Source of the DNA: an uncultured Candidatus Binatia bacterium | GTDB lineage: Bacteria > Desulfobacterota > Binatia > Bin18 | Assembly: GCA_965200965.1 (NCBI GenBank) | Contig: OZ241744.1 | Span: 416,001 to 480,000 of the forward strand | Direction: 5' to 3' | DNA: 64,000 nt | Shown here: in pieces, positions 39,495 through 48,395 of the stretch | How the letters are laid out: every line of letters starts with the position of its first letter | Numbering within the stretch: position 1 is the first letter of the stretch | The notes under the pieces: model-generated | What the model was told of the DNA's origin: nothing | Seen by the model: only the letters and a program-made list of their open reading frames with translations | Database searches by the model: none | Made by a program: the position numbers and the translations under genes

Positions 39495-40130
39495 GTGAAT
39501 CGCCCTCCTTCGTCGCCACCGGCCCCCCGTATTCTTCTGGTTGAAGGGGACGACGACAAACATGTCGTCCGGTACATCTACATCCGCGATCGTTCTCAAT
39601 CCCCATCAACCTTTTGTATTAAAGCCAAGGGGGGTATTGACCAATTGCTTCTGTCTATTGGTCCTGAAATCAAGGCACCAAGCCGGCAGGTTGTTGGTAT
39701 TCTTGTTGACGCAAACAACGATTTGGCCGCGCGTTGGGACGCTGTAACAAAGCGGCTTCGGGATGAGAATATCAAAGTGCCTGAACACCCTGATCCAACG
39801 GGGACGCTCATAGATACGAAGGGCAAGCCCCGCGTTGGTATCTGGTTGATGCCGGATAATGAATCGCCCGGCGAGCTTGAAAATTTTGTTGTGCAAATGA
39901 TACCCCGTGAGGACCCGGTGTGGCCGTTGTCCCGGGACTATATTGACGGGATTCCACAAGCAGACAGAAAGTTCTCAGCGAAGAAGGAGTTGAGAGCGCA
40001 GCTTTACGCTTGGCTGGCCGCCAGGGAGGACCCCAGGCGCATGGGCTTAGCCATTGGTGCGGGCAATTTGGGAATTGATGGGGACCTCAGCCAGAAATTC
40101 GTTGACTGGCTCGCGCGTCTGTTTGGATAG
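39495..40130 (+). CDS. DUF3226-like TOPRIM-type protein
   Basis: LLVEGDDD, GILVDAN, GIWLMPDN..PGELENF, K.RAQLYAWLA; adjacent to the ATPase. Confidence 0.72.
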   Translation: MNRPPSSPPAPRILLVEGDDDKHVVRYIYIRDRSQSPSTFCIKAKGGIDQLLLSIGPEIKAPSRQVVGILVDANNDLAARWDAVTKRLRDENIKVPEHPDPTGTLIDTKGKPRVGIWLMPDNESPGELENFVVQMIPREDPVWPLSRDYIDGIPQADRKFSAKKELRAQLYAWLAAREDPRRMGLAIGAGNLGIDGDLSQKFVDWLARLFG

Positions 40131-40156
40131 GGGCCGGTGTTGGGCGTCCTTAGTCA

Positions 40157-40190
40157 TGTAGGTCGGGTTAGCCGCAAGGCATAATCCGAC
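40157..40190 (+). repeat. second REP-like element
   Basis: TGTAGGTCGGGTTAGCCGCAAGGC identical to 36414-36437; hairpin closes with ATAATCCGAC. Confidence 0.75.
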
Positions 40191-40388
40191 TGGCGGGTGG
40201 AAATTCTGTCATGGGCGCATTCCTGCAATCAGCGTATGCGCAGATGGGCCGAGCAGAACGGCGTGTTTGTCGCTTTGGACGACTTCTATGAGTCTCTCAC
40301 CTTCATGCAGCCGTCCAGGCCGGGGGATGAGTTTGCGCCGGCGCGTGACGCTGCGGAACTGGACGTGTCGCAGCGGACGGTGGCTTGA
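40190..40388 (+). pseudogene. second copy of NYN gene 3' end
   Basis: 40190-40375 matches 36157-36342 (186 nt, 2 substitutions seen); ends SQRTVA-stop instead of SQRPRA-stop. Confidence 0.92.
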
Positions 40389-40433
40389 TTGCGTAGCGTT
40401 CCGGCGATACTCGAAGATTCAACGAATATGTTG

Positions 40434-41123
40434 CTAAGAGGCTTCTTGCTGGAACTGTTGGTAAACCTCAAAATGGAAAATGCGTGCAGACACTATTTCG
40501 GACATGGGGATGACGATCTGAAAATCCTTATAGACCAGACTAGGGCTTGGTGACGGATCGTCAAGAGATTCCAGAATTACACGAGCGTAATCGTTCGTAA
40601 TTTCTAACTCCTGAGTATCTTTATTCCGATAACCGCTGGCAATGGGGATCAAGGCAATATCAGATTCACCTTGCCTTGTTATCCCGCTCTCAAGAGCAAA
40701 ACCGATATAGGACTTTCCGCTTCTTAGGGAAATTTCTACAACCTTTTGTTCCTCAATTGATTCTGAGATGAGCAGTTCGATGAGATCGCCACTTTCTCGC
40801 GCCATTCTCCGAGCCGCCTTTTCTTGGCTGTAGAATTGGTTACCTGCAAGGGGCAGCACAAATCCCAAAAGGACGCTTAGTGCGGCGGTACCAGAGTATG
40901 GAAATAGTGCATAAGACTGCCATGTTTCACTAACCTGCGGAAAGTGGTGATTGAGGCAAAGAACAATTGCGCGTGCAATGGCGGCCAAGACGCTACCTGC
41001 GATGGCGGCCCGAAAGAAGACATGGTAACCTGAATCGCGGAGCGCACCGTAGCTCGTAAAGTGCAGGTGCGTGAGAAACCAGTATCCCCCAAGAGTGGGG
41101 ATCAGAAACCACCCAAGGCCCAA
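40434..41123 (-). CDS. hypothetical membrane protein (N-terminal TMs, soluble C-terminal domain)
   Basis: hydrophobic N-half; SLRSGKSYIG, PIASGYR, IPMSEIVSA; GGGAGG RBS before TTG; low GC. Confidence 0.7.
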   Translation of the reverse strand: MGLGWFLIPTLGGYWFLTHLHFTSYGALRDSGYHVFFRAAIAGSVLAAIARAIVLCLNHHFPQVSETWQSYALFPYSGTAALSVLLGFVLPLAGNQFYSQEKAARRMARESGDLIELLISESIEEQKVVEISLRSGKSYIGFALESGITRQGESDIALIPIASGYRNKDTQELEITNDYARVILESLDDPSPSPSLVYKDFQIVIPMSEIVSARIFHFEVYQQFQQEAS

Positions 41124-41147
41124 GAAGCGTACCTCCCGACAGAATGA

Positions 41148-41339
41148 CTACTTCGGCTTCTCTGAACGGTCTTCCACAGGCCCGTCAGATGCCTTCCTCT
41201 TGAGAGGAAGCTTTGCCGCTTTGTCGATGATAGCCCGCGCCTTTTTGCTGCGAAGCAATTCGTCGGCTTTGACATACAGCCCACCTCTCGGAGTTCGGAC
41301 GTGGATTTTTGGTCGGTCGGACGGTGACTCCTTTGACAT
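41148..41339 (-). CDS. small basic hypothetical protein
   Basis: GGAGAGG RBS, 63 aa, directly upstream of the membrane protein. Confidence 0.5.
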   Translation of the reverse strand: MSKESPSDRPKIHVRTPRGGLYVKADELLRSKKARAIIDKAAKLPLKRKASDGPVEDRSEKPK

Positions 41340-41416
41340 GGTAGCCTCTCCTTTTCGTTCGCAATTATCACCTAGGGGGGCGCGCCTACTTTCCTTTTCG
41401 CCATTATTCCTCCCAC

Positions 41417-41900
41417 TCATAACCCCAGGAGCTTCTTTGCCGCTTCAGTTGCAACAGACGTAACAGCGGAGGTGATTGCTTGACCTATAGCCTCGCTTGA
41501 TTTTTTAAGGAGCTTTTTGTAGCGAACTGAAGCTAGCTCTGTCCTTGGAGAATCTTGGGTCAGCTCAGAAATGGACTGTTTGAGGATATTCCGGTCTTCT
41601 TTTGATAGCTCCTCAATTTCGTCAACAAGCTCCTGAGCGGCAGATATTTTCTGCTGGGTCCACGGCAAGGGATTGCCGCAGTTATGGCAGTAGTTGGGGG
41701 GGGAGATAATTGGTGGCAACGACAATACCAGGAACGAAATAGTCGCCTCTTATATTTGTCGAACAGTTCGGGCATTGAGTAACTGTTTCTGCCCCACACT
41801 TCGGACAGTGTTTGCTGCACATTTCTGGGGCTCTCTCTATGGAGTCAGTGGTGTAGTGGCCGTTTAGGCAAACTTCTGCTGTAAGATATCGTCCCATCAT
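41417..41900 (-). CDS. DUF2321-like zinc-ribbon protein, split at a C8 tract
   Basis: VCLNGH, CPKCG, CPNC..IRG then YCHNCG.PLPWT in another frame; C8 (41696-41703) to C7 restores NYLPPNYCHNC. Confidence 0.7.
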
Positions 41901-41943
41901 TCAATTCCTTCCCAGATGGAGATTCTACCGCCAACATAGACCA

Positions 41944-44481
41944 TCATTTACGCCTCCGGCAAGGAGGGGAGTCCTCACCCCACACCCGCCCGACCGCCGC
42001 GCGTATCTTCCCCTCCATCCGCTCCACCAACTCCCGGTTGGCGGCGACAAGGGCTTGCTCGGCCTCAAGCTCGGCAACGATGGTTTGCTGGATTGGGAGA
42101 GACGGCAGGGGAATCTTGTGTTCCTCAACTACCGTCTTACGCATAGATGGCGGTTGTGCGCCACTGGCCCACCGTGAAAGATCGAATCCTATCAGCCAAG
42201 TATGAAGAAAAGGGGATGAGAGCCTTCCGGCATCGGGTGCTATGCCCATGACATTGTTGTCGTATGTTGAGGGACAGGTGAGGATGCGTTTCTTGTTGGT
42301 AGCGATGGCGGCACCAATTTTGGGAAAAATGATCGTCCCGGCTGGAAATGTCTTGGCCTTGAGTCTCCGAAGAACATCGCTGGATACTACATTATTCCAT
42401 GAAACAATCCGCGTCTCGTTGCCGGGTAGGTTCATGTCACTGACCTTTAGAAAAGGAATTTTCCCATCGGTCTTGCCTTGATAAGCCGTAGGAAAGCCAA
42501 ACCCACTTTCAACGGAAGCCACTTCTTTGATTGCTACTACCGGCCAAGCCGGATCAACTGGAATATGGGGCCGGTAGTTGTCAATCACCGCCCGCGCCCC
42601 GTCCATCACCCGCCGGTAGCCCTCAATCTCCGCCACCAACTCCCTCTGCACCTCCAGCGGGGGCAGGGGAATTAAAAATTCGCCAAGCGACTTTGCATTG
42701 ATTCCAGCTTGTCCAATCCACCTATGGGCGTATTCGACAAAAAGACCTCTTTGCCATGAACCATGAAGCACGAGAGCAAGAAAGCTGGCCTCACAACGAT
42801 TTGAGTCAACACGAATACGGGTGATATGATTAGAGAAGCCACCTCGGATTTTCTCAGTAATCAGACAGGTTTTGCCAACCAATTCTTTGCTATTGGTGTT
42901 GTTAAAGAGAACATCGCCTGGCTTTAATGAATAATCCTCTCTCCTAGCGTAGTCCACTTCTCCGATAGTCTTTAGTCCCAATCGGGTAAACATCCCTCCT
43001 TCAGTTATGTTCATGGGGCGTATATGTGGTACACCATCTGTGTCTGTCTTCGCTCTTCCGCAGGCAAAACCAGTCTTGATCTCCAAAGCTATTTCTCTTA
43101 GCGCCACCAGCGGCCACTTGGCGCGCTGCGGCCTGCCTTCCCGATACCGCTCCCCGCTCAGGTTATAGTCCCCGTCCGCGGCAAGGCGCGCTTTCTCCAC
43201 CACCCGGCCCAGCGTCGGCCTGAAGTCGGCCAGCGGGGTCGCTGTGCGCAGACGGCCCAGATAGTCGGCCAGTTCGGCCCGGGCTTGGGGCAGGTCGTTG
43301 GCGGCAATGGGCCGGCGTTGCGCGCCCAGGTCGTAGCCGTCGTGGGCCACGCTGAAGAAGGCGATGTGGTCGGTCTGCCTGGCCAGCGCTTTGTCCAGAA
43401 TCAGGATCGAGGTCTTGACCCCGGAGTAGGGCTGAAACACGCCGGCCGGCAGCGAGACCACAGCAACCAGATACTCCTCGACCAGCTGCTTGCGGAGCTG
43501 CGTATAGGCGCGCTGGCTCTGGAAGATGACGCCTTCGGGCACAATGACGCCGGCCCGGCCCCCGGGCGTCAGGTGCTCGGCAATATAGGCCACAAACAAC
43601 ACTTCGCTGCGCTTGGAGTTGACTGCGAACCGGTTGTGGGGCCGGATGCCGCCCTTGGGCGACATGAACGGCGGGTTGGCCAGGATGACATCCGCCCACT
43701 CGTGCCAGCGGTCCTGGCTGGTCAGGGTGTCGTACTCAAAGATGCGCGGGGCCACAAAGCCGTGCAGATACATGTTGACCAGCGACAGCCGCACCATGTC
43801 GGGCGAGATGTCGTAGCCGGTGAAGTTGGCCGCCAGCCGGGCCCGGTCGTCGGGGCTGAGGCGGTCGTGGCCGTGGGCGTCGGTGTTGGCGGTGCGGATG
43901 TGCCTGTAGGACGAGATGAGGAAACCGGCTGTGCCGCAAGCCGGGTCAAGCACCCGCTCGTCCTTCTTCGGGTCAAGGACCTCCACCATGAAGTCAATCA
44001 GGTGGCGAGGGGTGCGGAACTGGCCGGCCGCCCCCTGCGCGCCGAGCACCGACAGCAGATACTCAAAGGCGTCGCCCAGACGCTCCGAATGGTCATAGCG
44101 GAACTCGTCAATGACCTTGAGAAAGGCGCGCAGGGTCTCGGGGTCACGGAAGGGCAGGTAGGCGTTGGTGAAGATGGCCCGGAACAGGGGCGGAATGCCG
44201 GGGTTCTCGGCCATCCGGGCCAGGGCCTCGGTGTACAGGGTGAGGGTTTCGTGACCGCCGAGGCCGGGGCGCATCAGCCGAGCCCAGCCGTAGCCGGCGA
44301 ACTCGCCGGCAAAAAAGGCCCGCTCCCCGCCCAACTCTTCGGCCTCGGCGTCCATATCGTCCATGAACTTGTAGATCAGGGCAATCGTGATCTGCTCCAC
44401 CTGGCTCTTGGGGTCGGGCACTTTGCCGACGAGAATGTCGCGGGCGGTGTCAATCCGGCGGCGGGTGGCGGCGTCGAGCAT
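41944..44481 (-). CDS. hsdM: type I R-M fused methyltransferase-specificity subunit (HsdM-HsdS)
   Basis: GQFRTP, DPACGTAGF, NPPF (m6A); two TRDs with IPLPPLEVQ and IPLPSLPIQ conserved helices. Confidence 0.9.
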   Translation of the reverse strand: MLDAATRRRIDTARDILVGKVPDPKSQVEQITIALIYKFMDDMDAEAEELGGERAFFAGEFAGYGWARLMRPGLGGHETLTLYTEALARMAENPGIPPLFRAIFTNAYLPFRDPETLRAFLKVIDEFRYDHSERLGDAFEYLLSVLGAQGAAGQFRTPRHLIDFMVEVLDPKKDERVLDPACGTAGFLISSYRHIRTANTDAHGHDRLSPDDRARLAANFTGYDISPDMVRLSLVNMYLHGFVAPRIFEYDTLTSQDRWHEWADVILANPPFMSPKGGIRPHNRFAVNSKRSEVLFVAYIAEHLTPGGRAGVIVPEGVIFQSQRAYTQLRKQLVEEYLVAVVSLPAGVFQPYSGVKTSILILDKALARQTDHIAFFSVAHDGYDLGAQRRPIAANDLPQARAELADYLGRLRTATPLADFRPTLGRVVEKARLAADGDYNLSGERYREGRPQRAKWPLVALREIALEIKTGFACGRAKTDTDGVPHIRPMNITEGGMFTRLGLKTIGEVDYARREDYSLKPGDVLFNNTNSKELVGKTCLITEKIRGGFSNHITRIRVDSNRCEASFLALVLHGSWQRGLFVEYAHRWIGQAGINAKSLGEFLIPLPPLEVQRELVAEIEGYRRVMDGARAVIDNYRPHIPVDPAWPVVAIKEVASVESGFGFPTAYQGKTDGKIPFLKVSDMNLPGNETRIVSWNNVVSSDVLRRLKAKTFPAGTIIFPKIGAAIATNKKRILTCPSTYDNNVMGIAPDAGRLSSPFLHTWLIGFDLSRWASGAQPPSMRKTVVEEHKIPLPSLPIQQTIVAELEAEQALVAANRELVERMEGKIRAAVGRVWGEDSPPCRRRK

Positions 44482-44512
44482 GGTCCTTCTCTTTCATGCG
44501 GAGCAGGCAGCT

Positions 44513-44767
44513 TCACAACAAGTTCACAAACTCTTCTCCCTTGAGTTGTGTCTGTCTAATGACGCTTCGCAACGTTCCTCTGTCCAGTTCTTTGTGGTCA
44601 GGAACACGGACCTGCGAGAAAGGATGGTCACGCCGCAGAATCATATGACTGCCGTGCCTGGCAATGGCTTCGGACTTGGTTCTTTCCTGACTGATGCAGC
44701 CGGATAAGCTGGGACATTCGGCAACCCAGTAACCATCTTCGCCTGGATACACAATCACCTGTCTCAT
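44513..44767 (-). pseudogene. HicB N-terminus fused in frame to HicA C-terminus
   Basis: EDGYWVAECPSLSGCISQ.RT..EA (HicB-like) then GSHMILR..VPDHKELDRGTLRSVIRQ (HicA-like). Confidence 0.75.
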
Positions 44768-44816
44768 GCTTTATACCTCTCCTTGCTGAGCATTCCCGGT
44801 TCCGGTCCAGCATACC

Positions 44817-47309
44817 TCAGACGACAAACTGATTCAGCGCCACATAGTCCTTCACATACCCAGGGATCAGGGCGCGGTAGTCCCGGGGTACGGCCCGGTA
44901 GTCCCGGCTGGAAAAGGCCGGGTTGGTGGCGAGAGCGGTGAACTGCCGCTGGTCAATGATCTGGCGCAGGCCGGCGTCGCCGACATACGCCTTGAAGTAG
45001 TGTTTGAGGGCCGGGACGGCCGCGGCCTCGGCCGGGGTGTGGTCGGCGACAAACTTGACAAACTCCTCCTCAAGCAGCTCGTCCCTGGACTTGAAGCGGG
45101 GGATGAGGCCAAAGACCTTCTCCAGAATCTCGCGCAGGCTCAGCCGGCGGTCCACCGCCGCGGCTTTGCGCAGCTTGGCCAGGTTGTAATAGTCCTCGGG
45201 CTTGTCAAAGACCTCGCGGGTCACATAGTCAATGACGCGCTCCCACTGGCCGGCCTCAACCGCCCGCGCAATGGTGGTGTCCTCCCGCACGGTGTCGGCA
45301 AAGCGGTCAAAGAACATCCGGTCTATCTTCATCCCCTGCGGGCCGATGGTCTCTTCAATAAGGCCCTCCAGGCTATCGCCGCCCAGATGTGCATACTCCC
45401 CGACCGGCGGGGGCGGCTCCGGCCTGTCGCCCTTGCCGGCCCGCAGCCGGGGCAGCTTCAGCACCTCGTCATAGTTGAACTCGGTCTCAAAGTATTCGCA
45501 GTTGCCAAAGAAGTCGAACAGCTTGAAGGCGGTCTTGTCGGGCCGGACGACCTCGGCCTTGAGGCGGTCGTCAACAAGCTGCTCAAGAAAGTTATGGCGG
45601 CGGGTGCCGCGGCCCTTGATCTGGACAAAATCGGTCGGCGAAAAGAGCGGTCGGAACAGGCTCAGGTTAAGCAGATCGGTGCAGTCATAGCCGGTGGTCA
45701 TCATGCCGACGGTTACACACACGCGGGCCTTGCTGGTCCGGTAGGCCGGCAGGAAGTTGCCCGAGCCGAGCAGGGTGTTGTTGGCAAAGTTGATGGTGAA
45801 CCGCTGGGCGTCCGCCACCTGAGACGTGACCTGTACGGCAAAGTCGGACTGGTACTTGCCGGGAAACAGGCGGTCGGCCATCTGGTTGAAGATATTGGCC
45901 AGCTTGGCCGCGTGGTTCTGGCTGACGGCAAAGACAATCGACTTGCCGACCTCGCCGCTGACCGGGTCGCGCAGGGCGTGGTCCAGAAAGGTCCGGCAGA
46001 AGAGCTGGTTGGTGGCGTCGGAGAAGAAGCGTTTTTCAAACTCGCGTTGCTTGTAGCGCTCCTCCTGGTCCCGGCCAGCGGTGTCGCTGAAAGAGATGAC
46101 AAACCCCTCGTCGGACAGAAGCTGGGTGGTCACTTCGGTGCGGGCATCAACCACCGTCGGATTGATCAGATAGCCGTCCTGCACGCCGTTGAGCAGCGAA
46201 TAGCGGAAGGTTGGCTGGCCGCTCTGGCAGCCGAAGGTGCGGTAGGTGTCGAGCAGCAAGCGCCGCTCGGCCTCGCGCTGGTGGTTGGTAGGCTGCCGGC
46301 CGCTGCCTTTGAGGTAATCGCGGGGCGTGGCGGTCAGACCCAGCTTGTAGCCGACAAAATAGTCGAACACCGCCCGGGCATTGCCGCCGATGGAACGGTG
46401 GGCTTCGTCAGAGATCACAAGGTCAAAGTCGGTCGGCGAGAACAGCCGGTGGTACTTGTTGTTGAACAGCAGGGATTGGACGGTGGCGACGACAATATCG
46501 GCCCGTCGCCACTCGTTGCGCCTCTCTTTGTAGATGACGGTACTGAAATCCGCGGCCAGCAGCGTGCCAAAGACCTTTTTGGCCTGCTCCTCCAGTTCCA
46601 GCCGGTCCACCAGAAACAGCACCCGCCGGGCGTTGCCGGAACGCAGAAACAGCTTGATGACCGCAGCCGCGGTCAACGTCTTGCCGGTGCCGGTCGCCAT
46701 CTCGAACAGAAAGCGGTCGTCGCCAGCCTTGACCGCCCGCTGCACCGCGTGGACGGCGCGGAGCTGATAGGGGCGCAAGAAACGCAGCCCCTTGGCCTGA
46801 AGAAAGGCCGGCTCAGACGCATAGCCGGGCCGCTGGCTGAGCACGATGTAGTCGTCGCCGACCGGCTCATCCACTAGGCGTTGGGGGCTGGGCGCGACCG
46901 TCCGGTAGCCGTCCACTGACTCGGGGCTGGGAAATGCGGTGATGAGGTGCGGATTGCCGCGTTCCAGGTCCCAGAAGTAGTGCAGGTTGCCGTTCGACAG
47001 GATGACAAAACGGCAGTTCAGCGAGCGGGCGTATTTGCGCGCCTGCTCCTTGCCGACCAGCGGGTTCTTGGTCTCTGACTTGGCCTCCAGCACAAGCAGC
47101 GGGAAGCCCTTGGCGTCGAGCAGCACAAAATCAACAAAGCCCCTGACGGTGGTATTGAAATCTTCGCCAAGGGCGTTGAGGTCGGACCTCTTGAGTGCGA
47201 CCTGCGGTTCCAGGCGGATGTTGGCCGGCTTGTCGCCATCGGCAAAGAACCGCCAGCCGGCCGCTTCGAGCAGCGCGTTGATCTTGATTCGAGTGGTGGC
47301 TTCGTTCAT
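44817..47309 (-). CDS. hsdR: type I restriction endonuclease subunit R
   Basis: D..LEAK nuclease, LRPYQ, MATGTGKT, DEAHRS, LTATP, MMTTGYD, QIKGRGTR. Confidence 0.9.
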   Translation of the reverse strand: MNEATTRIKINALLEAAGWRFFADGDKPANIRLEPQVALKRSDLNALGEDFNTTVRGFVDFVLLDAKGFPLLVLEAKSETKNPLVGKEQARKYARSLNCRFVILSNGNLHYFWDLERGNPHLITAFPSPESVDGYRTVAPSPQRLVDEPVGDDYIVLSQRPGYASEPAFLQAKGLRFLRPYQLRAVHAVQRAVKAGDDRFLFEMATGTGKTLTAAAVIKLFLRSGNARRVLFLVDRLELEEQAKKVFGTLLAADFSTVIYKERRNEWRRADIVVATVQSLLFNNKYHRLFSPTDFDLVISDEAHRSIGGNARAVFDYFVGYKLGLTATPRDYLKGSGRQPTNHQREAERRLLLDTYRTFGCQSGQPTFRYSLLNGVQDGYLINPTVVDARTEVTTQLLSDEGFVISFSDTAGRDQEERYKQREFEKRFFSDATNQLFCRTFLDHALRDPVSGEVGKSIVFAVSQNHAAKLANIFNQMADRLFPGKYQSDFAVQVTSQVADAQRFTINFANNTLLGSGNFLPAYRTSKARVCVTVGMMTTGYDCTDLLNLSLFRPLFSPTDFVQIKGRGTRRHNFLEQLVDDRLKAEVVRPDKTAFKLFDFFGNCEYFETEFNYDEVLKLPRLRAGKGDRPEPPPPVGEYAHLGGDSLEGLIEETIGPQGMKIDRMFFDRFADTVREDTTIARAVEAGQWERVIDYVTREVFDKPEDYYNLAKLRKAAAVDRRLSLREILEKVFGLIPRFKSRDELLEEEFVKFVADHTPAEAAAVPALKHYFKAYVGDAGLRQIIDQRQFTALATNPAFSSRDYRAVPRDYRALIPGYVKDYVALNQFVV

Positions 47310-47388
47310 GCCTTCACCGGCTTTGTGGCACGCGCTTGACATACCGCTCCTTGCAGGTATGCACGCATAGTGCGAGGAGGCCACGGTC

Positions 47389-47814
47389 TTGTCAAGGAAA
47401 ATACGCATCCCTCAACTGGCCGTCTTTGTCGGCTGTGGCGTGGCCGTCCTGACGCTGGGTCTACTCGAGGCCGAAGAATGGCTCAGTATGCAGGAGTACG
47501 GGCTGTTCCAAAACGTCCAGGCCGGGGTGCTGGGCCTGCTGGGCCTGTGGCGGGCCGAGGGAGAGGCTCGGGCGTTCTGGATTTTTGTCCTGGGCTTTGC
47601 CTTCTTCTTTTTTTGGCGGGAACTGGATCTGGAGTTTTTTGAGGACCGGATGTTTTCATGGGCCTATCTGTTTCGGGACAGCGTGCCGCCTTCCAACGCG
47701 ACTGGGGTATCCGGATTTATGATCGGGCCACCAAAGACCCGTATATTGAAGAGGCGTTTGAGCTGCTGGGTGGCGGGCCTTTGTCTTGCCCATCGTGGCC
47801 TTGAGGCGGGCTGA
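47389..47814 (+). pseudogene. membrane protein remnant
   Basis: TM-rich N-part (FWRELD) with an out-of-frame C-terminal-like piece (IEEAFELL). Confidence 0.45.
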
Positions 47815-47977
47815 GCCTGAGAGTTGGCCAGACCGCTCCCGACGACGGTCAGACGGGTCAGCCGTTCGCCCCGGACAGGCGGCCGGTGTGTTGAAAAAAT
47901 GTCTGCTGAGGCAGTATCGGAAGATGCGATGTTGGACAAGAGAGGCCGGGGAACGAGCAGTCTGAACAGGGGAGGGT

Positions 47978-48284
47978 GTGCGTGTGAGCCAGGCTGAGAT
48001 CGTGTTTGAGCGACAGGGGCCGGTTGGGCTGGCGACCTTCAACCGGCCAAAGTTTCGGAACGCCATGACCTGGGCCATGTATGAGGGCCTGCTTGAGGTG
48101 TGTGAGCAGGTCGATGCCGAGGCTGACAAAGGAAGCGGTCCGGCGTTTGCAGCACTACCGGCGCAGCCTGCTGGAGGGCGAACTGGGTGAAGACCTGATC
48201 CTCCGCGCCTATATGAGCCAGGATTTCCAGGAAGGGGTCAGCGCGTTTTTGAACAAGCGCAGACCCGTGTGGCGGGGCAAATAG
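47978..48284 (+). pseudogene. enoyl-CoA hydratase remnant (internal deletion)
   Basis: TFNRPKFRNAMT N-terminus joined out of frame to SQDFQEGVSAFLNKRRPVWRGK C-terminus. Confidence 0.8.
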
Positions 48285-48395
48285 TCAGGCTGCGGCCCGC
48301 GCCGACATTTGCCCTGAGCGACGGACGCGACGCCTGCCGCTCGGCCAAGAGGCGGAGCAGATGAAAACTGCCACAAAACCGGGGAGTGCAAGCCC

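Noticed and set aside
35261-40388. Diversity-generating retroelement TR/VR pairs
   Set aside because: No reverse transcriptase in the window, very few substitutions, and they are not consistently adenine-specific
37680-42156. hsdS shufflon (invertible TRDs)
   Set aside because: The second hsdS piece is in the same orientation, carries no alternative TRD, and no recombinase gene is nearby
45000-46877. Long antisense or alternative-frame ORFs (e.g. 45000-46877, 9279-10859, 25452-26834, 43285-44544)
   Set aside because: Shadow ORFs of high-GC genes with no recognisable motifs
34640-47400. Island integrated at the tmRNA 3' end
   Set aside because: No integrase seen, no downstream duplicate of the ssrA 3' end found, and nudC lies between ssrA and the island
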